A DNA stretch of 64,000 nt from an uncultured Lachnospiraceae bacterium. GTDB taxonomy: Bacteria > Bacillota > Clostridia > Lachnospirales > Lachnospiraceae. Location: the NCBI GenBank assembly GCA_964566025.1, contig CAZMHF010000001.1, positions 24,310-88,309 of the forward strand, written 5' to 3'. This document shows, in pieces, positions 20,699-29,592 of this stretch; the stretch's first letter is position 1, and each line of letters begins with the position of its first letter. Below the pieces are notes generated by a model. That model did no database searches, was not told the origin of the DNA, and saw only the letters and a list, made by a program, of their open reading frames with translations. Both the position numbers and the translations under genes were made by a program.

Positions 20699-21870
20699 TG
20701 AAACGAATTATTACACGTGTTCACGAAAAGCTATTTAGCTTTTCTTTTGAAAAACAAACATTAAAAGCAATTCAATATATTGATGAAACCAATCAAGGCC
20801 GAATGAATAGCATTTATTCGGCAACCATTAAAAATATTGTTCCCAATATCCAATCGGCTTTTGTTGAAATTGAAAACGGTGAGATCTGTCACTATTCATT
20901 GAAAAATGCGAATCCATTTTTTATTAAACGTATGTCGCCACATAAAATTTGTATTGGAGATGAAATTGTCGTTCAACTAAATCGCGAGCGCATTAAAACA
21001 AAATCCGCTACGGTAACCGATGAACTTACACTTGCTGGTCAATATGCAGTTGCTGTTTATGGAATGAATACTATTCGATTTTCTAGCAAAATAAATGATT
21101 CTACATTTAAGGAAACGATACGAGAGAATACGAAGGCGCTTTTGTCCAAAAATATTGGATTTATCGTCCGAACGGAAGCGTTGTTGTGTGATAACAATCA
21201 GCTTTTACAAGAAATGATTGATTTAAAGAAGGCACTAGAGGCTATATTAGAAACAAGCCTATATCGAATGGGTGGTATTAAAATCCATGAGGGCATCCCA
21301 GAATATATCACCACCCTTCAAAACGAATATGATACACTTGAAGAAATCATAACAGATGAAGAGGCTATTTATTTAGCGCTAAAAGGGTATGAACGACTTT
21401 TTTTAAAGACAAGATTGTATAAGGATTCCTATTCATTAAAAGCACTCTACAATTTAGAGCACGAGTTAGAACAATTGCTTCAAAAAAAGGTTTGGTTATC
21501 ATCAGGAGCCTATTTGGTAATTGAACAAACAGAATCATTAGTCGCAATTGACGTAAATACAGGAAAGGCCATTCATAAAAAAAGTGCTGATTTCTTTTTT
21601 GAAATTAATAAAGAGGCTGTCAATGAAATTGTTCGCCAAATTCATTTGCGTGAATTATCGGGTATTATTATGATTGATTTTATTAATATGCCTTCTGATA
21701 TAGAGGAAGAGTCTTTGCTGAAGATAACAAAAGAAAAATTCAATCATGATTCGACAAAAACCATTGTTCATGGATTTACAAAGCTAAAATTGATGGAGAT
21801 TTCAAGACAGAAAAAAAGACAGTCGCTTCAAGAACAACTTAAACAAAAAGTAGTTGACACGCATTCTTGA
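20695..21870 (+). CDS. Rne/Rng-family ribonuclease (RNase G-like)
   Basis: S1-like N-domain IYSATIKNIVPNIQSAFVEI and AIDVNTGK active-site region. ATGA overlap with the upstream gene. Confidence 0.8.
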   Translation: MMKRIITRVHEKLFSFSFEKQTLKAIQYIDETNQGRMNSIYSATIKNIVPNIQSAFVEIENGEICHYSLKNANPFFIKRMSPHKICIGDEIVVQLNRERIKTKSATVTDELTLAGQYAVAVYGMNTIRFSSKINDSTFKETIRENTKALLSKNIGFIVRTEALLCDNNQLLQEMIDLKKALEAILETSLYRMGGIKIHEGIPEYITTLQNEYDTLEEIITDEEAIYLALKGYERLFLKTRLYKDSYSLKALYNLEHELEQLLQKKVWLSSGAYLVIEQTESLVAIDVNTGKAIHKKSADFFFEINKEAVNEIVRQIHLRELSGIIMIDFINMPSDIEEESLLKITKEKFNHDSTKTIVHGFTKLKLMEISRQKKRQSLQEQLKQKVVDTHS

Positions 21871-21874
21871 TTAT

Positions 21875-21960
21875 GCTAAGCTATTACGGTATGCCGCACA
21901 GCTAGGTTCGTAAAGTTTCGTTAGAACACCAAAGCTGGCGAGTAATGATAAATAGGAGGT
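21875..21960 (+). promoter_or_regulatory. putative ribosomal protein L21 (rplU) leader
   Basis: 95-nt untranslated region before rplU. It can pair CGCaCAGCT with AGCTGGCG around an inner GTTC...GAAC stem. Position matches the Firmicute L21 leader. Not verified against a covariance model. Confidence 0.4.
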
Positions 21961-21965
21961 GCCTT

Positions 21966-22274
21966 ATGTACGCAATTATAGCAACAGGTGGAAAACAGTA
22001 TAAGGTTAGCGAAGGCGATGTAATCAGAGTTGAAAAACTTGGAGTAGAAGCTGGAGAGAAGTTTACATTTGACCAAGTCCTTGTTGTAAGTGATAAGGAA
22101 TTAAAAGCCGGAAATCCTACAGTAAGTGGTGCAACTGTATCAGCAACTGTAATTGGTGATGGAAAAGCTAAAAAGGTTATCGTTTATAAGTATAAAAGAA
22201 AAAGCGGTTACCATAAGAAAAATGGTCACAGACAACAGTACACAGAAGTTAAAATCGACAAGATTAACGCTTAA
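21966..22274 (+). CDS. rplU: 50S ribosomal protein L21
   Basis: [14 protein letters not shown] start, AGGAGG upstream. Confidence 0.97.
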   Translation: MYAIIATGGKQYKVSEGDVIRVEKLGVEAGEKFTFDQVLVVSDKELKAGNPTVSGATVSATVIGDGKAKKVIVYKYKRKSGYHKKNGHRQQYTEVKIDKINA

Positions 22275-22285
22275 GGATTATTTAT

Positions 22286-22615
22286 ATGATTCGCGCGTAT
22301 TTTGTTCATAACAAACAAAAAGCACTTTACGGTTTTATGATTACGGGTCATGCTGGTTATGCTAGCAGCGGTTACGATATTATATGTTCTGCCGTATCTG
22401 CTTTATCACTCAATACAATTAATAGTATTGAAGAGCTTTGTAGCGATTCTGGTTGTGCATTAGTAGATGAGACAACAGGCACTATAAAGTTCAAACTAAC
22501 AGATAAGCCTTCAAACGAGGCTAATCTATTACTACAATCATTAGAAATTGGTTTGAAGGCTATTAACAAAGAGTATTCATCCCAATATATACACATACTT
22601 TATAAGGAGGTATAG
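22286..22615 (+). CDS. prp: ribosomal-processing cysteine protease Prp
   Basis: GHAGY and [10 protein letters not shown] His/Cys dyad motifs, located between rplU and rpmA. Confidence 0.9.
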   Translation: MIRAYFVHNKQKALYGFMITGHAGYASSGYDIICSAVSALSLNTINSIEELCSDSGCALVDETTGTIKFKLTDKPSNEANLLLQSLEIGLKAINKEYSSQYIHILYKEV

Positions 22616-22619
22616 CATA

Positions 22620-22907
22620 ATGTTAAGAATGAACCTTCAATTATTCGCTCATAAAAAGGGAGTTGGTTCTACAAAGAATGGTAGAGATTCCGAATCAAAA
22701 AGATTAGGTGCTAAAAGAGCAGATGGTCAGTTCGTAAAAGCTGGCAATATTCTTTATAGACAACGCGGAACTAAAATCCACCCAGGTACAAACGTAGGTC
22801 GTGGTGGAGATGATACATTATTTGCATTAGTAGATGGTGTTGTTCGTTTCGAAAGAAAAGGTAGAGACAAAAAACAAGTTTCTATTTATCCAGTAGTTGC
22901 AGAATAA
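22620..22907 (+). CDS. rpmA: 50S ribosomal protein L27 with N-terminal propeptide
   Basis: [25 protein letters not shown] 9-aa extension ending in LQLF precedes the conserved AHKK. Confidence 0.97.
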   Translation: MLRMNLQLFAHKKGVGSTKNGRDSESKRLGAKRADGQFVKAGNILYRQRGTKIHPGTNVGRGGDDTLFALVDGVVRFERKGRDKKQVSIYPVVAE

Positions 22908-22918
22908 TGATGTTTTTT

Positions 22919-22960
22919 AAGGTCTCTAAATCTTTATTAGATTTGGGGACCTTCTTTTAA
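22919..22960 (+). terminator. Rho-independent terminator
   Basis: 14-bp stem (22919-22932 with 22940-22953) followed by CTTTT. Confidence 0.75.
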
Positions 22961-22988
22961 CTCAATCAAAAGAATAGTGAGGATGTAT

Positions 22989-24266
22989 ATGTTTGCAGAT
23001 CATGCAAAAGTTTTTATTAAATCAGGAAAAGGTGGCGACGGACATGTAAGTTTTCGTCGTGAACTTTACGTGCCAAATGGTGGTCCTGATGGTGGCGATG
23101 GTGGAAAAGGTGGTTCCATTATTTTCGAAGTGGATCGTGGCCTTAATACATTAAGCAATTTCCGTTATCAGCGTAAGTTTGTCGCAGACAGTGGCGAAAA
23201 TGGTGGAAAGAAACGTTGCCATGGTGCAAATGCTGCGGACTTGATTATTAAAGTTCCTGAAGGAACCATCATTAAAGACGAGGAGAGCGGGCGCATTATT
23301 GCCGATATGTCAGGTGAATGCACAAGGAAACAGATTCTTCGTGGTGGAAAAGGCGGTTTGGGCAATATGAATTTCGCAACTCCTACTATGCAGGCTCCCA
23401 AATATGCACAACCAGGACAAAGCGCAAAAGAATTATCAATTATTTTAGAATTGAAAGTAATTGCAGATGTTGGTTTAGTTGGTTTCCCGAATGTTGGAAA
23501 GTCCACATTTTTATCGACAGTAACAAATGCACGCCCCAAAATAGCCAATTATCATTTCACAACCATCAATCCTAATTTGGGCGTTGTTGATTACAATGGT
23601 ATTACGGATTTTGTCATTGCTGACATTCCTGGACTTATTGAGGGAGCTTCTGATGGAATTGGTCTCGGTCATCAGTTTTTGCGTCATATCGAGCGCACAA
23701 AGGTTCTAATTCATATTGTTGACGCAGCTTCTGTCGAAGGCCGCGATCCAATTGAGGATATTTTAAAAATCAATTCTGAATTAGAGGCATATAACCCTCA
23801 GTTATTAGAACTACCACAAATTATCGCTGCCAATAAAATGGATGCTTATTATGAAGACGGCAACGATATTATACAAAAAATGAAAGAAACATTTTCGCCA
23901 AAAGGAATAGAGGTTTTTCCTATTTCAGCCGTTACAGGTATGGGCATAAAGGAATTACTATATTTCGTTAAAAATATTTTATCAACGATTGATACAAAAC
24001 CTGTTGTCTATGAACCAGATTATATCGAGAAGGAAGCAGAAGTTTTGGCGCATACTGTCGAGAAACTTGAAGATGGTGTATATTGCGTGGAAGGCCCACG
24101 TATTGAAAAAATGCTTGGCTATACAAATCTTGATACCGAAAAAGGATTTGAGTTTTTCCAAAAGTTCCTTCGCGAAACAGGAATTCTTAATGAATTAGTG
24201 GCACTCGGAATAGAAGAGGGCGATACGGTTAAAATGTATGGTTGGGAATTTAGTTATTATCCATAA
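22989..24266 (+). CDS. obg: GTPase Obg
   Basis: MFADHAKVFIKSGKGGDG glycine-rich Obg fold, G1 GFPNVGKST, G3 DIPG, NKMD, and a C-terminal OCT domain. GAGG lies 6 nt before ATG 22989. Confidence 0.95.
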   Translation: MFADHAKVFIKSGKGGDGHVSFRRELYVPNGGPDGGDGGKGGSIIFEVDRGLNTLSNFRYQRKFVADSGENGGKKRCHGANAADLIIKVPEGTIIKDEESGRIIADMSGECTRKQILRGGKGGLGNMNFATPTMQAPKYAQPGQSAKELSIILELKVIADVGLVGFPNVGKSTFLSTVTNARPKIANYHFTTINPNLGVVDYNGITDFVIADIPGLIEGASDGIGLGHQFLRHIERTKVLIHIVDAASVEGRDPIEDILKINSELEAYNPQLLELPQIIAANKMDAYYEDGNDIIQKMKETFSPKGIEVFPISAVTGMGIKELLYFVKNILSTIDTKPVVYEPDYIEKEAEVLAHTVEKLEDGVYCVEGPRIEKMLGYTNLDTEKGFEFFQKFLRETGILNELVALGIEEGDTVKMYGWEFSYYP

Positions 24267-24294
24267 AGAACGAGATAAAAGAAAGGGAACTTAC

Positions 24295-24612
24295 ATGACA
24301 ACAAAACAAAGAGCTTACCTAAAAGGGCTTGCCATGAATATTGAGCCAATTATGCAAATTGGCAAATCAAATTTAACACCTGAATTAGTAAAGGCAATTG
24401 ATGAGACCTTTTTTCGCAGAGAACTAATTAAATTATCTATTTTGCAAAATGCGAGTGATGATCCAAGGGAAATGGCTTCTATTATAGCGGAACGTACACA
24501 TAGCGAGGTTGTTCAAATAATCGGGAAAAAAATCGTATTATACAAACCTTTTAAGGAAGTAGAAAAGAGAAAGATCATTTTACCTAAAGCGCAGAATCTA
24601 CAAAAGGAGTAG
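24295..24612 (+). CDS. yhbY: CRM-domain RNA-binding protein YhbY
   Basis: KQRAYLKGLA...PIMQIGK pattern, about 105 aa, conserved obg-yhbY-nadD order. Confidence 0.85.
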   Translation: MTTKQRAYLKGLAMNIEPIMQIGKSNLTPELVKAIDETFFRRELIKLSILQNASDDPREMASIIAERTHSEVVQIIGKKIVLYKPFKEVEKRKIILPKAQNLQKE

Positions 24613-24614
24613 AT

Positions 24615-25250
24615 ATGAACAGAAAGATTGGTATTTTAGGCGGAACCTTTGACCCAATCCATGACGGACACATTTTTATTGCTCAAAATGCACTTATGAA
24701 AGCACAGCTTGATGAAGTGTGGTTTATGCCAACAAAAATACCGCCACATAAACAAAAGAGTATTATTTCGAATGAGCGTTTTCGCGGTGAAATGATTCAA
24801 ATGGCTATTCGGGATTTTCCACAGTTTGTGTATTCAGATTTTGAATTACAAAGACTAACGACAACCTATACGGCGGATACATTTGAATTGTTAGTTGAAA
24901 AATTTCCGTTGGTTGAATGGTTTTATATCGTTGGTGCCGATTCTCTTTGTTATATGGATAAATGGTATCAACCAGAGCGAATTTTTAATCTTACTTCCAT
25001 TTTAGTAGCGATTCGAAATACACACGATAAAGAGACTGTTGATGAAGCTATTTCAAAACTAGAGAACACCTATGATGCTCATATTCAAACGATTACATCA
25101 AAGGAAATCCCTATTTCGTCGAGTGAAATTCGCGCATATTTTTCAAGTAATCACAATGAAGATCTTTCAGATTGTTCTTTTAGAGAGTATATTAGTAACG
25201 ATGTGATTGAATACATTATGAAAAATAACATTTATAAGAAAAGGTCTTAA
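24615..25250 (+). CDS. nadD: nicotinate-nucleotide adenylyltransferase
   Basis: GILGGTFDPIHDGH motif and ISSSEIR. Confidence 0.93.
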   Translation: MNRKIGILGGTFDPIHDGHIFIAQNALMKAQLDEVWFMPTKIPPHKQKSIISNERFRGEMIQMAIRDFPQFVYSDFELQRLTTTYTADTFELLVEKFPLVEWFYIVGADSLCYMDKWYQPERIFNLTSILVAIRNTHDKETVDEAISKLENTYDAHIQTITSKEIPISSSEIRAYFSSNHNEDLSDCSFREYISNDVIEYIMKNNIYKKRS

Positions 25251-25252
25251 TT

Positions 25253-25861
25253 ATGTATGATAAAGAATATCAAAAAAAGCTATATGAACATTTAACAAAA
25301 AAACGATTAGGTCACTCCATTAGTGTTGCGTATACGGCTGCCTGTTTGGGCATGAAATACAACATAAACATTGATCGATTATATTTGGCGGGCTTATTGC
25401 ATGATTGCGCAAAATATGATCAAGAGAATCATTTCGAAATATGTGATAAAGTTGGCATTGAATTGTTAGATGAAGAGAAAAAGAGCATCAAATTACCTCA
25501 TGCACCGTTAGGTGCCTATTATGCCAAGACAGTATATGGCGTAGAAGATGAGGAGATTTTATCGGCGATTCGTTGGCATACACTCGCTAAAAAAAATATG
25601 ACCACATTTGAGAAAATCATTTTTATAGCTGATAAAATCGAACTAAATCGAAAAGCTTTGGAAGGACTAGAAGAATTACGATATGCCGCTTTTGAGAATT
25701 TGGATCAGGCAATATATCTTTCATTATATCGTACGAATCAATATCTGAAAACCAAAGGTGTTGATCAATCGGAAACTTCAAAAAAAGTATTGGATTTCTA
25801 TGAAAAGGCAACTAACAAGGAGGATAGAAGATGGACATTTCTAAAAAAATGGCGAAAATAG
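25253..25861 (+). CDS. yqeK: HD-domain protein YqeK (bis(5'-nucleosyl)-tetraphosphatase)
   Basis: RLGHSISVA and GLLHDCAK HD motif, conserved partner of nadD. Confidence 0.88.
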   Translation: MYDKEYQKKLYEHLTKKRLGHSISVAYTAACLGMKYNINIDRLYLAGLLHDCAKYDQENHFEICDKVGIELLDEEKKSIKLPHAPLGAYYAKTVYGVEDEEILSAIRWHTLAKKNMTTFEKIIFIADKIELNRKALEGLEELRYAAFENLDQAIYLSLYRTNQYLKTKGVDQSETSKKVLDFYEKATNKEDRRWTFLKKWRK

Positions 25862-26184
25862 CGTTCGAGGCGCTTGAGGACAAAAAGGGCAATGATATAA
25901 AGGTATTAAATATCGAAAAAATCACAACGATTGCCGATTATTTTATTATCGTAAGTGGCGATAATGTCAATCAAGTACAAGCATTGGCGGATAATGTACA
26001 GGATAAGTTACATGAAGCAGGTTATGATGCGAGAGCAATTGAAGGTTATCAATCTGCAAATTGGATCTTGCTAGATTATCAAGATATTATTATTCACGTA
26101 TTTAATCGTGAAGATCGTCTATTTTATGATATTGAAAGAATATGGCGTGATGGAATCGAAACAACATTTGAAAACGAAAACTAA
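25831..26184 (+). CDS. rsfS: ribosome silencing factor RsfS
   Basis: LEDKKGNDIKVLNI..TIADYFIIVSG and WILLDYQDIIIHVF pattern. Confidence 0.93.
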   Translation: MDISKKMAKIAFEALEDKKGNDIKVLNIEKITTIADYFIIVSGDNVNQVQALADNVQDKLHEAGYDARAIEGYQSANWILLDYQDIIIHVFNREDRLFYDIERIWRDGIETTFENEN

Positions 26185-26185
26185 T

Positions 26186-26224
26186 AAAAAGGGTATGATG
26201 CCAAATTAGCATCATACCCTTTTT
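26186..26224. terminator. bidirectional terminator between rsfS and lexA
   Basis: AAAAAGGGTATGATGC pairs with GCATCATACCCTTTTT around a 7-nt loop, with A-run and T-run flanks. Confidence 0.85.
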
Positions 26225-26227
26225 GCA

Positions 26228-26869
26228 TTATGTGAAGTAACGGAAAAGACCAACTGCTTTTCCAATGATTTCGACATGTTTTACGATAATAGGATCCATA
26301 AAATCGTTTTCTGGTTGTAAGCGGAAATGACCATTTTCCTTGTAAAATGTCTTGACGGTCGCTTCTTCACCAATTAGAGCGACAACAACATCGCCATTTG
26401 ATGCAGTAGATTGCTTTTGAACGAGCAAATAGTCGCCTGGATAAAAGCCAATATTAATCATACTTTCGCCCTTAATACGTAGGGAGAATATTTCTTTTCC
26501 TTGTGGTAAAAACTCTTCGTTCAGCGCAATATAGTTCACAATGTTTTCTTCGGCTAACATAGGCATCCCGGCAGCGACATCACCAACAACGGGAACTTGA
26601 ATAACGCTAGTATCAATGGAAGCTTCTGAAGGGACAGAAGTGTGGTAGAAGCTTTCGTCATTGATCAACATGGCTCTTGTCTTTGATGGGTCTTTCTTAA
26701 TGTAACCAAGCTTCTCTAGCGTCTCAATATGAGCATGTACACTAGATGTCGATTTTAAATTAACTGCTTCGCCAATTTCTCTAACTGTAGGCGGATAGCC
26801 CTTTTCACGTATATAATCTTTAAGGCAATTAAGAACCTCTAATTGTTTTTTTGAAAGTTTCTCAGACAT
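26228..26869 (-). CDS. lexA: SOS repressor LexA
   Basis: MSEKLSKKQLEVLNCLKDYIREKGYPPTVREIG winged-helix domain, Ala-Gly cleavage site (VAAG), Ser/Lys peptidase domain (GESM, VKT). GGAGGG lies 6 nt before ATG 26869. Confidence 0.95.
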   Translation of the reverse strand: MSEKLSKKQLEVLNCLKDYIREKGYPPTVREIGEAVNLKSTSSVHAHIETLEKLGYIKKDPSKTRAMLINDESFYHTSVPSEASIDTSVIQVPVVGDVAAGMPMLAEENIVNYIALNEEFLPQGKEIFSLRIKGESMINIGFYPGDYLLVQKQSTASNGDVVVALIGEEATVKTFYKENGHFRLQPENDFMDPIIVKHVEIIGKAVGLFRYFT

Positions 26870-26899
26870 AATATGCCCTCCTTTTTGTAATCTAAAAAT

Positions 26900-26928
26900 A
26901 GTATAACACAGAATTTTACGATTGAAAA
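26900..26928 (-). promoter_or_regulatory. putative lexA promoter
   Basis: On the - strand: TTTTCA, 17-nt spacer, TATACT with an upstream TG (extended -10). Confidence 0.4.
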
Positions 26929-26937
26929 GATGTTTTT

Positions 26938-26951
26938 CGAAAATCTGTTCG
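26938..26951. promoter_or_regulatory. LexA (Cheo-type) box 1
   Basis: CGAAAATCTGTTCG, one mismatch from CGAAC-N4-GTTCG. Confidence 0.7.
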
Positions 26952-26970
26952 ATTTTTTTGCTAAAAACGG

Positions 26971-26999
26971 TTGACACAATCGAACATATGTACTATACT
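26971..26999 (+). promoter_or_regulatory. sigma-A promoter of the YneA-like gene
   Basis: TTGACA (26971-26976), 17-nt spacer, TATACT (26994-26999). Confidence 0.7.
26981..26994. promoter_or_regulatory. LexA box 2, inside the promoter spacer and -10
   Basis: CGAACATATGTACT, a GAAC-N4-GTAC near-consensus. Confidence 0.7.
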
Positions 27000-27005
27000 T
27001 ATAGC

Positions 27006-27019
27006 AGAACATATGTTCT
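27006..27019. promoter_or_regulatory. LexA box 3, just downstream of the -10
   Basis: AGAACATATGTTCT, a perfect palindrome with the GAAC-N4-GTTC core. Confidence 0.8.
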
Positions 27020-27053
27020 TGATTGTTTTTTTAGGTTAAAAGGAGGTTATATT

Positions 27054-27380
27054 ATGAAACAGATCACATCAAACGTTATGACACATAAACGAGCTCTCCA
27101 AATTGCATTTATTAGTCTTGTTTTTATTTTTCTTATTGTTATCACTGTTCGTTCAAATGCATTTTCAGGCGGTCATCCAAAGACAAATCGTGAGAAAACA
27201 TATATCAGCATTACGATTAAACCTGGTGATACATTGTGGAGCATTGCAGAGCGTTATACATCAGAAGAGTACACAAGTATTAATGATTATGTGAAAGAGC
27301 TAAAGACCTTAAATAAAATTGGATATGGTGGCGCGATTCGTGCTGGAGAAAAGCTTCTTGCATTTTACTATGCCGATTGA
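27054..27380 (+). CDS. LysM-domain membrane protein, YneA-like SOS cell-division inhibitor
   Basis: AGGAGG 7 nt upstream. 108 aa with one TM helix (ALQIAFISLVFIFLIVITV) and a LysM domain (ITIKPGDTLWSIAERY). Divergent from lexA behind SOS boxes, as for B. subtilis yneA. Confidence 0.75.
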   Translation: MKQITSNVMTHKRALQIAFISLVFIFLIVITVRSNAFSGGHPKTNREKTYISITIKPGDTLWSIAERYTSEEYTSINDYVKELKTLNKIGYGGAIRAGEKLLAFYYAD

Positions 27381-27410
27381 TTAGTAAAGGTATTTCCTCA
27401 ACATATTACA

Positions 27411-27448
27411 ACACGGTACAATTCTTGATTGAATTGTACCGTGTTTTG
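27411..27448. terminator. terminator hairpin shared by the YneA-like gene and glmS
   Basis: ACACGGTACAATTC pairs with GAATTGTACCGTGT around a 6-nt loop, followed by TTTG on the + strand. Confidence 0.75.
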
Positions 27449-27471
27449 AAATAGGATACTCGTAATCCGCT

Positions 27472-29292
27472 TTATTCTACGGTTACCGATTTAGCTAGAT
27501 TTCTTGGCATATCCACATCAAGGCCTTTTTTGTAAGATGTGTGGTATGCAATTAATTGGACAATTCCTGCAACTAAGAAACTCGTAAATCGATCATCTAT
27601 ATCAGGAACGGTAAGATGGATATCGTATGTTTCTGCATTGACTAAAGCTGATTCTTTTGTAATTAAGATAACATAGGCTCCACGTGCCTTCACTTCCTCT
27701 ATATTTGAAATCGTTTTACTATAGATAGTTTCTTGTGTTGCAATAGCAATAACAGGAACATCCTTTTCGATTAACGCGATCGTTCCATGCTTTAATTCAC
27801 CAGCAGCATAAGCCTCTGCATGAATATACGATATTTCTTTTAATTTTAATGAGCCTTCCATCGCAAGAGAGTAGTCTATACCTCGACCTATAAAAAACGT
27901 ACTTGTACATTTTTTGAGATAATCAGCCACTTCTATGATCGTATCTTGATTTTGTAATACTTGCGTCAATAACTCAGGAACACGTGTTAATTCTTTCATA
28001 AATTGAATGGCTTCATCTTTTGAAAAACGCTTTCTTACTAAGGCGATTTTGCAACCAAGCATAGCCAATGTCATTACTTGTGCTGTATAAGCTTTTGTAC
28101 TTGCTACGGCGATTTCTGGACCTGTATACATATACATAATATGGTCGCTTTCACGTGCAATTGTAGAGCCTTTTGAATTAACTACGGCAATTGATTTTGC
28201 ACCATATGTTTTTGAAAGACGAAGTGCTTCTAATGTATCAATTGTTTCACCTGATTGAGAGATAACAACAATCAATGTTTTATCATCAACGATTGGTTTG
28301 TCATAACGATATTCGGAGGCAATGGATACGGTAATTGGAATTTGAATGATGGATTCAATCATTGATTTAAAAACCATTCCAGCATACATAGCTGTTCCAC
28401 AAGCAATCACCTGAATTTTATTAAAATCCATTAAATCCTCATCAGTAATATGGTCTACTATTGACAAATCTGGAAGTTGATTTACTAGTCGCGCCGAGAT
28501 AGTAGCGGAAAGCTTCTCTGGTTGCTCCATAATTTCTTTGAGCATATAGTATTCATAACCACCTTTTTTAGCATCTTCGATATTCCATGTAACTGTTTGA
28601 AATTTTGGTGTAAATGGAACGTTATCAAAATCAACGATTTCAATTTTAGTTTCGTTAAGAATCACAATATGATGCTCCGGGATTACAAAATATTCGTTTG
28701 TATGAGCAATTAGTGCTGTTAAATCCGATGCCACCAATGTACCAGTAGGAGAGATAGCTGCAACCATTGGGCTTACATTGCGTACACAAAAAAATTGATT
28801 CGGAAAATCACTAAATAAAATGCAAAATGCAAAGGAACCTTCAAATTGTGCAACCGCTTTTGTAATAGTTTCTGTTGGATTTCCATCATACAATTGATTA
28901 ATGACTGCACAAGCAACTTCGCTGTCTGTTTCACTGTTTAATGTACCTTCCAAATGAAATTGCTCAATTAATGCATGATAGTTTTCAATGATACCATTAT
29001 GAATCAATGCAACTTTGCCACACATATGTGGATGCGAATTAAAATCAGAAACACCACCATGTGTTGCCCAACGTGTATGGCCAATTCCACAAGTAGAAGA
29101 GTTCTCTAATTCCCGCACGAGTGTTTCAAGTTCTTGTACTTTACCAGCTTTTTTATAAAGCTTGATTTTATGATCATTTGTGCTTAAAGCGATTCCAGCA
29201 CTATCATAACCACGATATTCTAATTTTTTTAAGCCATCAATTAATATATCTTTTACAGGTAGCGTACCTGTATAACCTATAATTCCGCACAT
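27472..29292 (-). CDS. glmS: glutamine--fructose-6-phosphate aminotransferase
   Basis: MCGIIGY Ntn-Cys start, two SIS domains, C-terminal LAKSVTVE. Confidence 0.97.
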   Translation of the reverse strand: MCGIIGYTGTLPVKDILIDGLKKLEYRGYDSAGIALSTNDHKIKLYKKAGKVQELETLVRELENSSTCGIGHTRWATHGGVSDFNSHPHMCGKVALIHNGIIENYHALIEQFHLEGTLNSETDSEVACAVINQLYDGNPTETITKAVAQFEGSFAFCILFSDFPNQFFCVRNVSPMVAAISPTGTLVASDLTALIAHTNEYFVIPEHHIVILNETKIEIVDFDNVPFTPKFQTVTWNIEDAKKGGYEYYMLKEIMEQPEKLSATISARLVNQLPDLSIVDHITDEDLMDFNKIQVIACGTAMYAGMVFKSMIESIIQIPITVSIASEYRYDKPIVDDKTLIVVISQSGETIDTLEALRLSKTYGAKSIAVVNSKGSTIARESDHIMYMYTGPEIAVASTKAYTAQVMTLAMLGCKIALVRKRFSKDEAIQFMKELTRVPELLTQVLQNQDTIIEVADYLKKCTSTFFIGRGIDYSLAMEGSLKLKEISYIHAEAYAAGELKHGTIALIEKDVPVIAIATQETIYSKTISNIEEVKARGAYVILITKESALVNAETYDIHLTVPDIDDRFTSFLVAGIVQLIAYHTSYKKGLDVDMPRNLAKSVTVE

Positions 29293-29364
29293 AAAAATAA
29301 CTCCTTTATTTTAAAGTTTAAATAACAATACGATATGTATTTTGAGTATCCGAATTGAATTAAT

Positions 29365-29522
29365 AATGGTTGTATTGATTTTGTTTCTTTGTTGCCAAAG
29401 GTTTTGTCAATACATTACGCAGCCATTATATCTACGAAAAGGCATCCGCCGAATTCTCGATAACCTTTTTCCTCGTTAGCCTAATTTATTTTGTTTAACT
29501 AGGCGCTTGGCGCTAACTTCTA
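29365..29522 (-). ncRNA. glmS: glmS ribozyme
   Basis: The - strand reads ...A-GCGCCAAGCGCCUAG...GCUAACGAGGAAAAAGGUUAUCGAGAAUUCGGCGGAUGCC..., matching the conserved glmS core (AGCGCC, ACGAGG, GGUUAUCGA, UUCGGCGGAUGCC). A peripheral GUAUUG...CAAUAC stem follows. It lies in the 5' UTR of glmS. The ends are approximate. Confidence 0.85.
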
Positions 29523-29563
29523 AGTTTTACTCGGTTATTCCTCCAATGATAATCGATGAAGTG

Positions 29564-29592
29564 ATTATAGCATAGTGGCCATTATAATGCAA
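29564..29592 (-). promoter_or_regulatory. putative glmS promoter
   Basis: On the - strand: TTGCAT, 17-nt spacer, TATAAT, about 40 nt upstream of the ribozyme 5' end. Confidence 0.5.

Noticed and set aside
26211-26238. An ATTATGTGAAGT half-site resembling the XerD arm of dif at the lexA 3' end.
   Set aside because: The would-be left arm has no dif similarity. The sequence lies within the terminator stem and the lexA coding end.
26870-26977. 36-codon N-terminal extension of the lexA ORF in the ORF track. Similar upstream extensions affect recG, hisA, rplU, obg, yhbY, miaB, the radical SAM gene and the mini P-loop gene.
   Set aside because: The extensions run through promoters, terminators or upstream genes. 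Internal Met codons with good SD spacing coincide with the conserved family N-termini.
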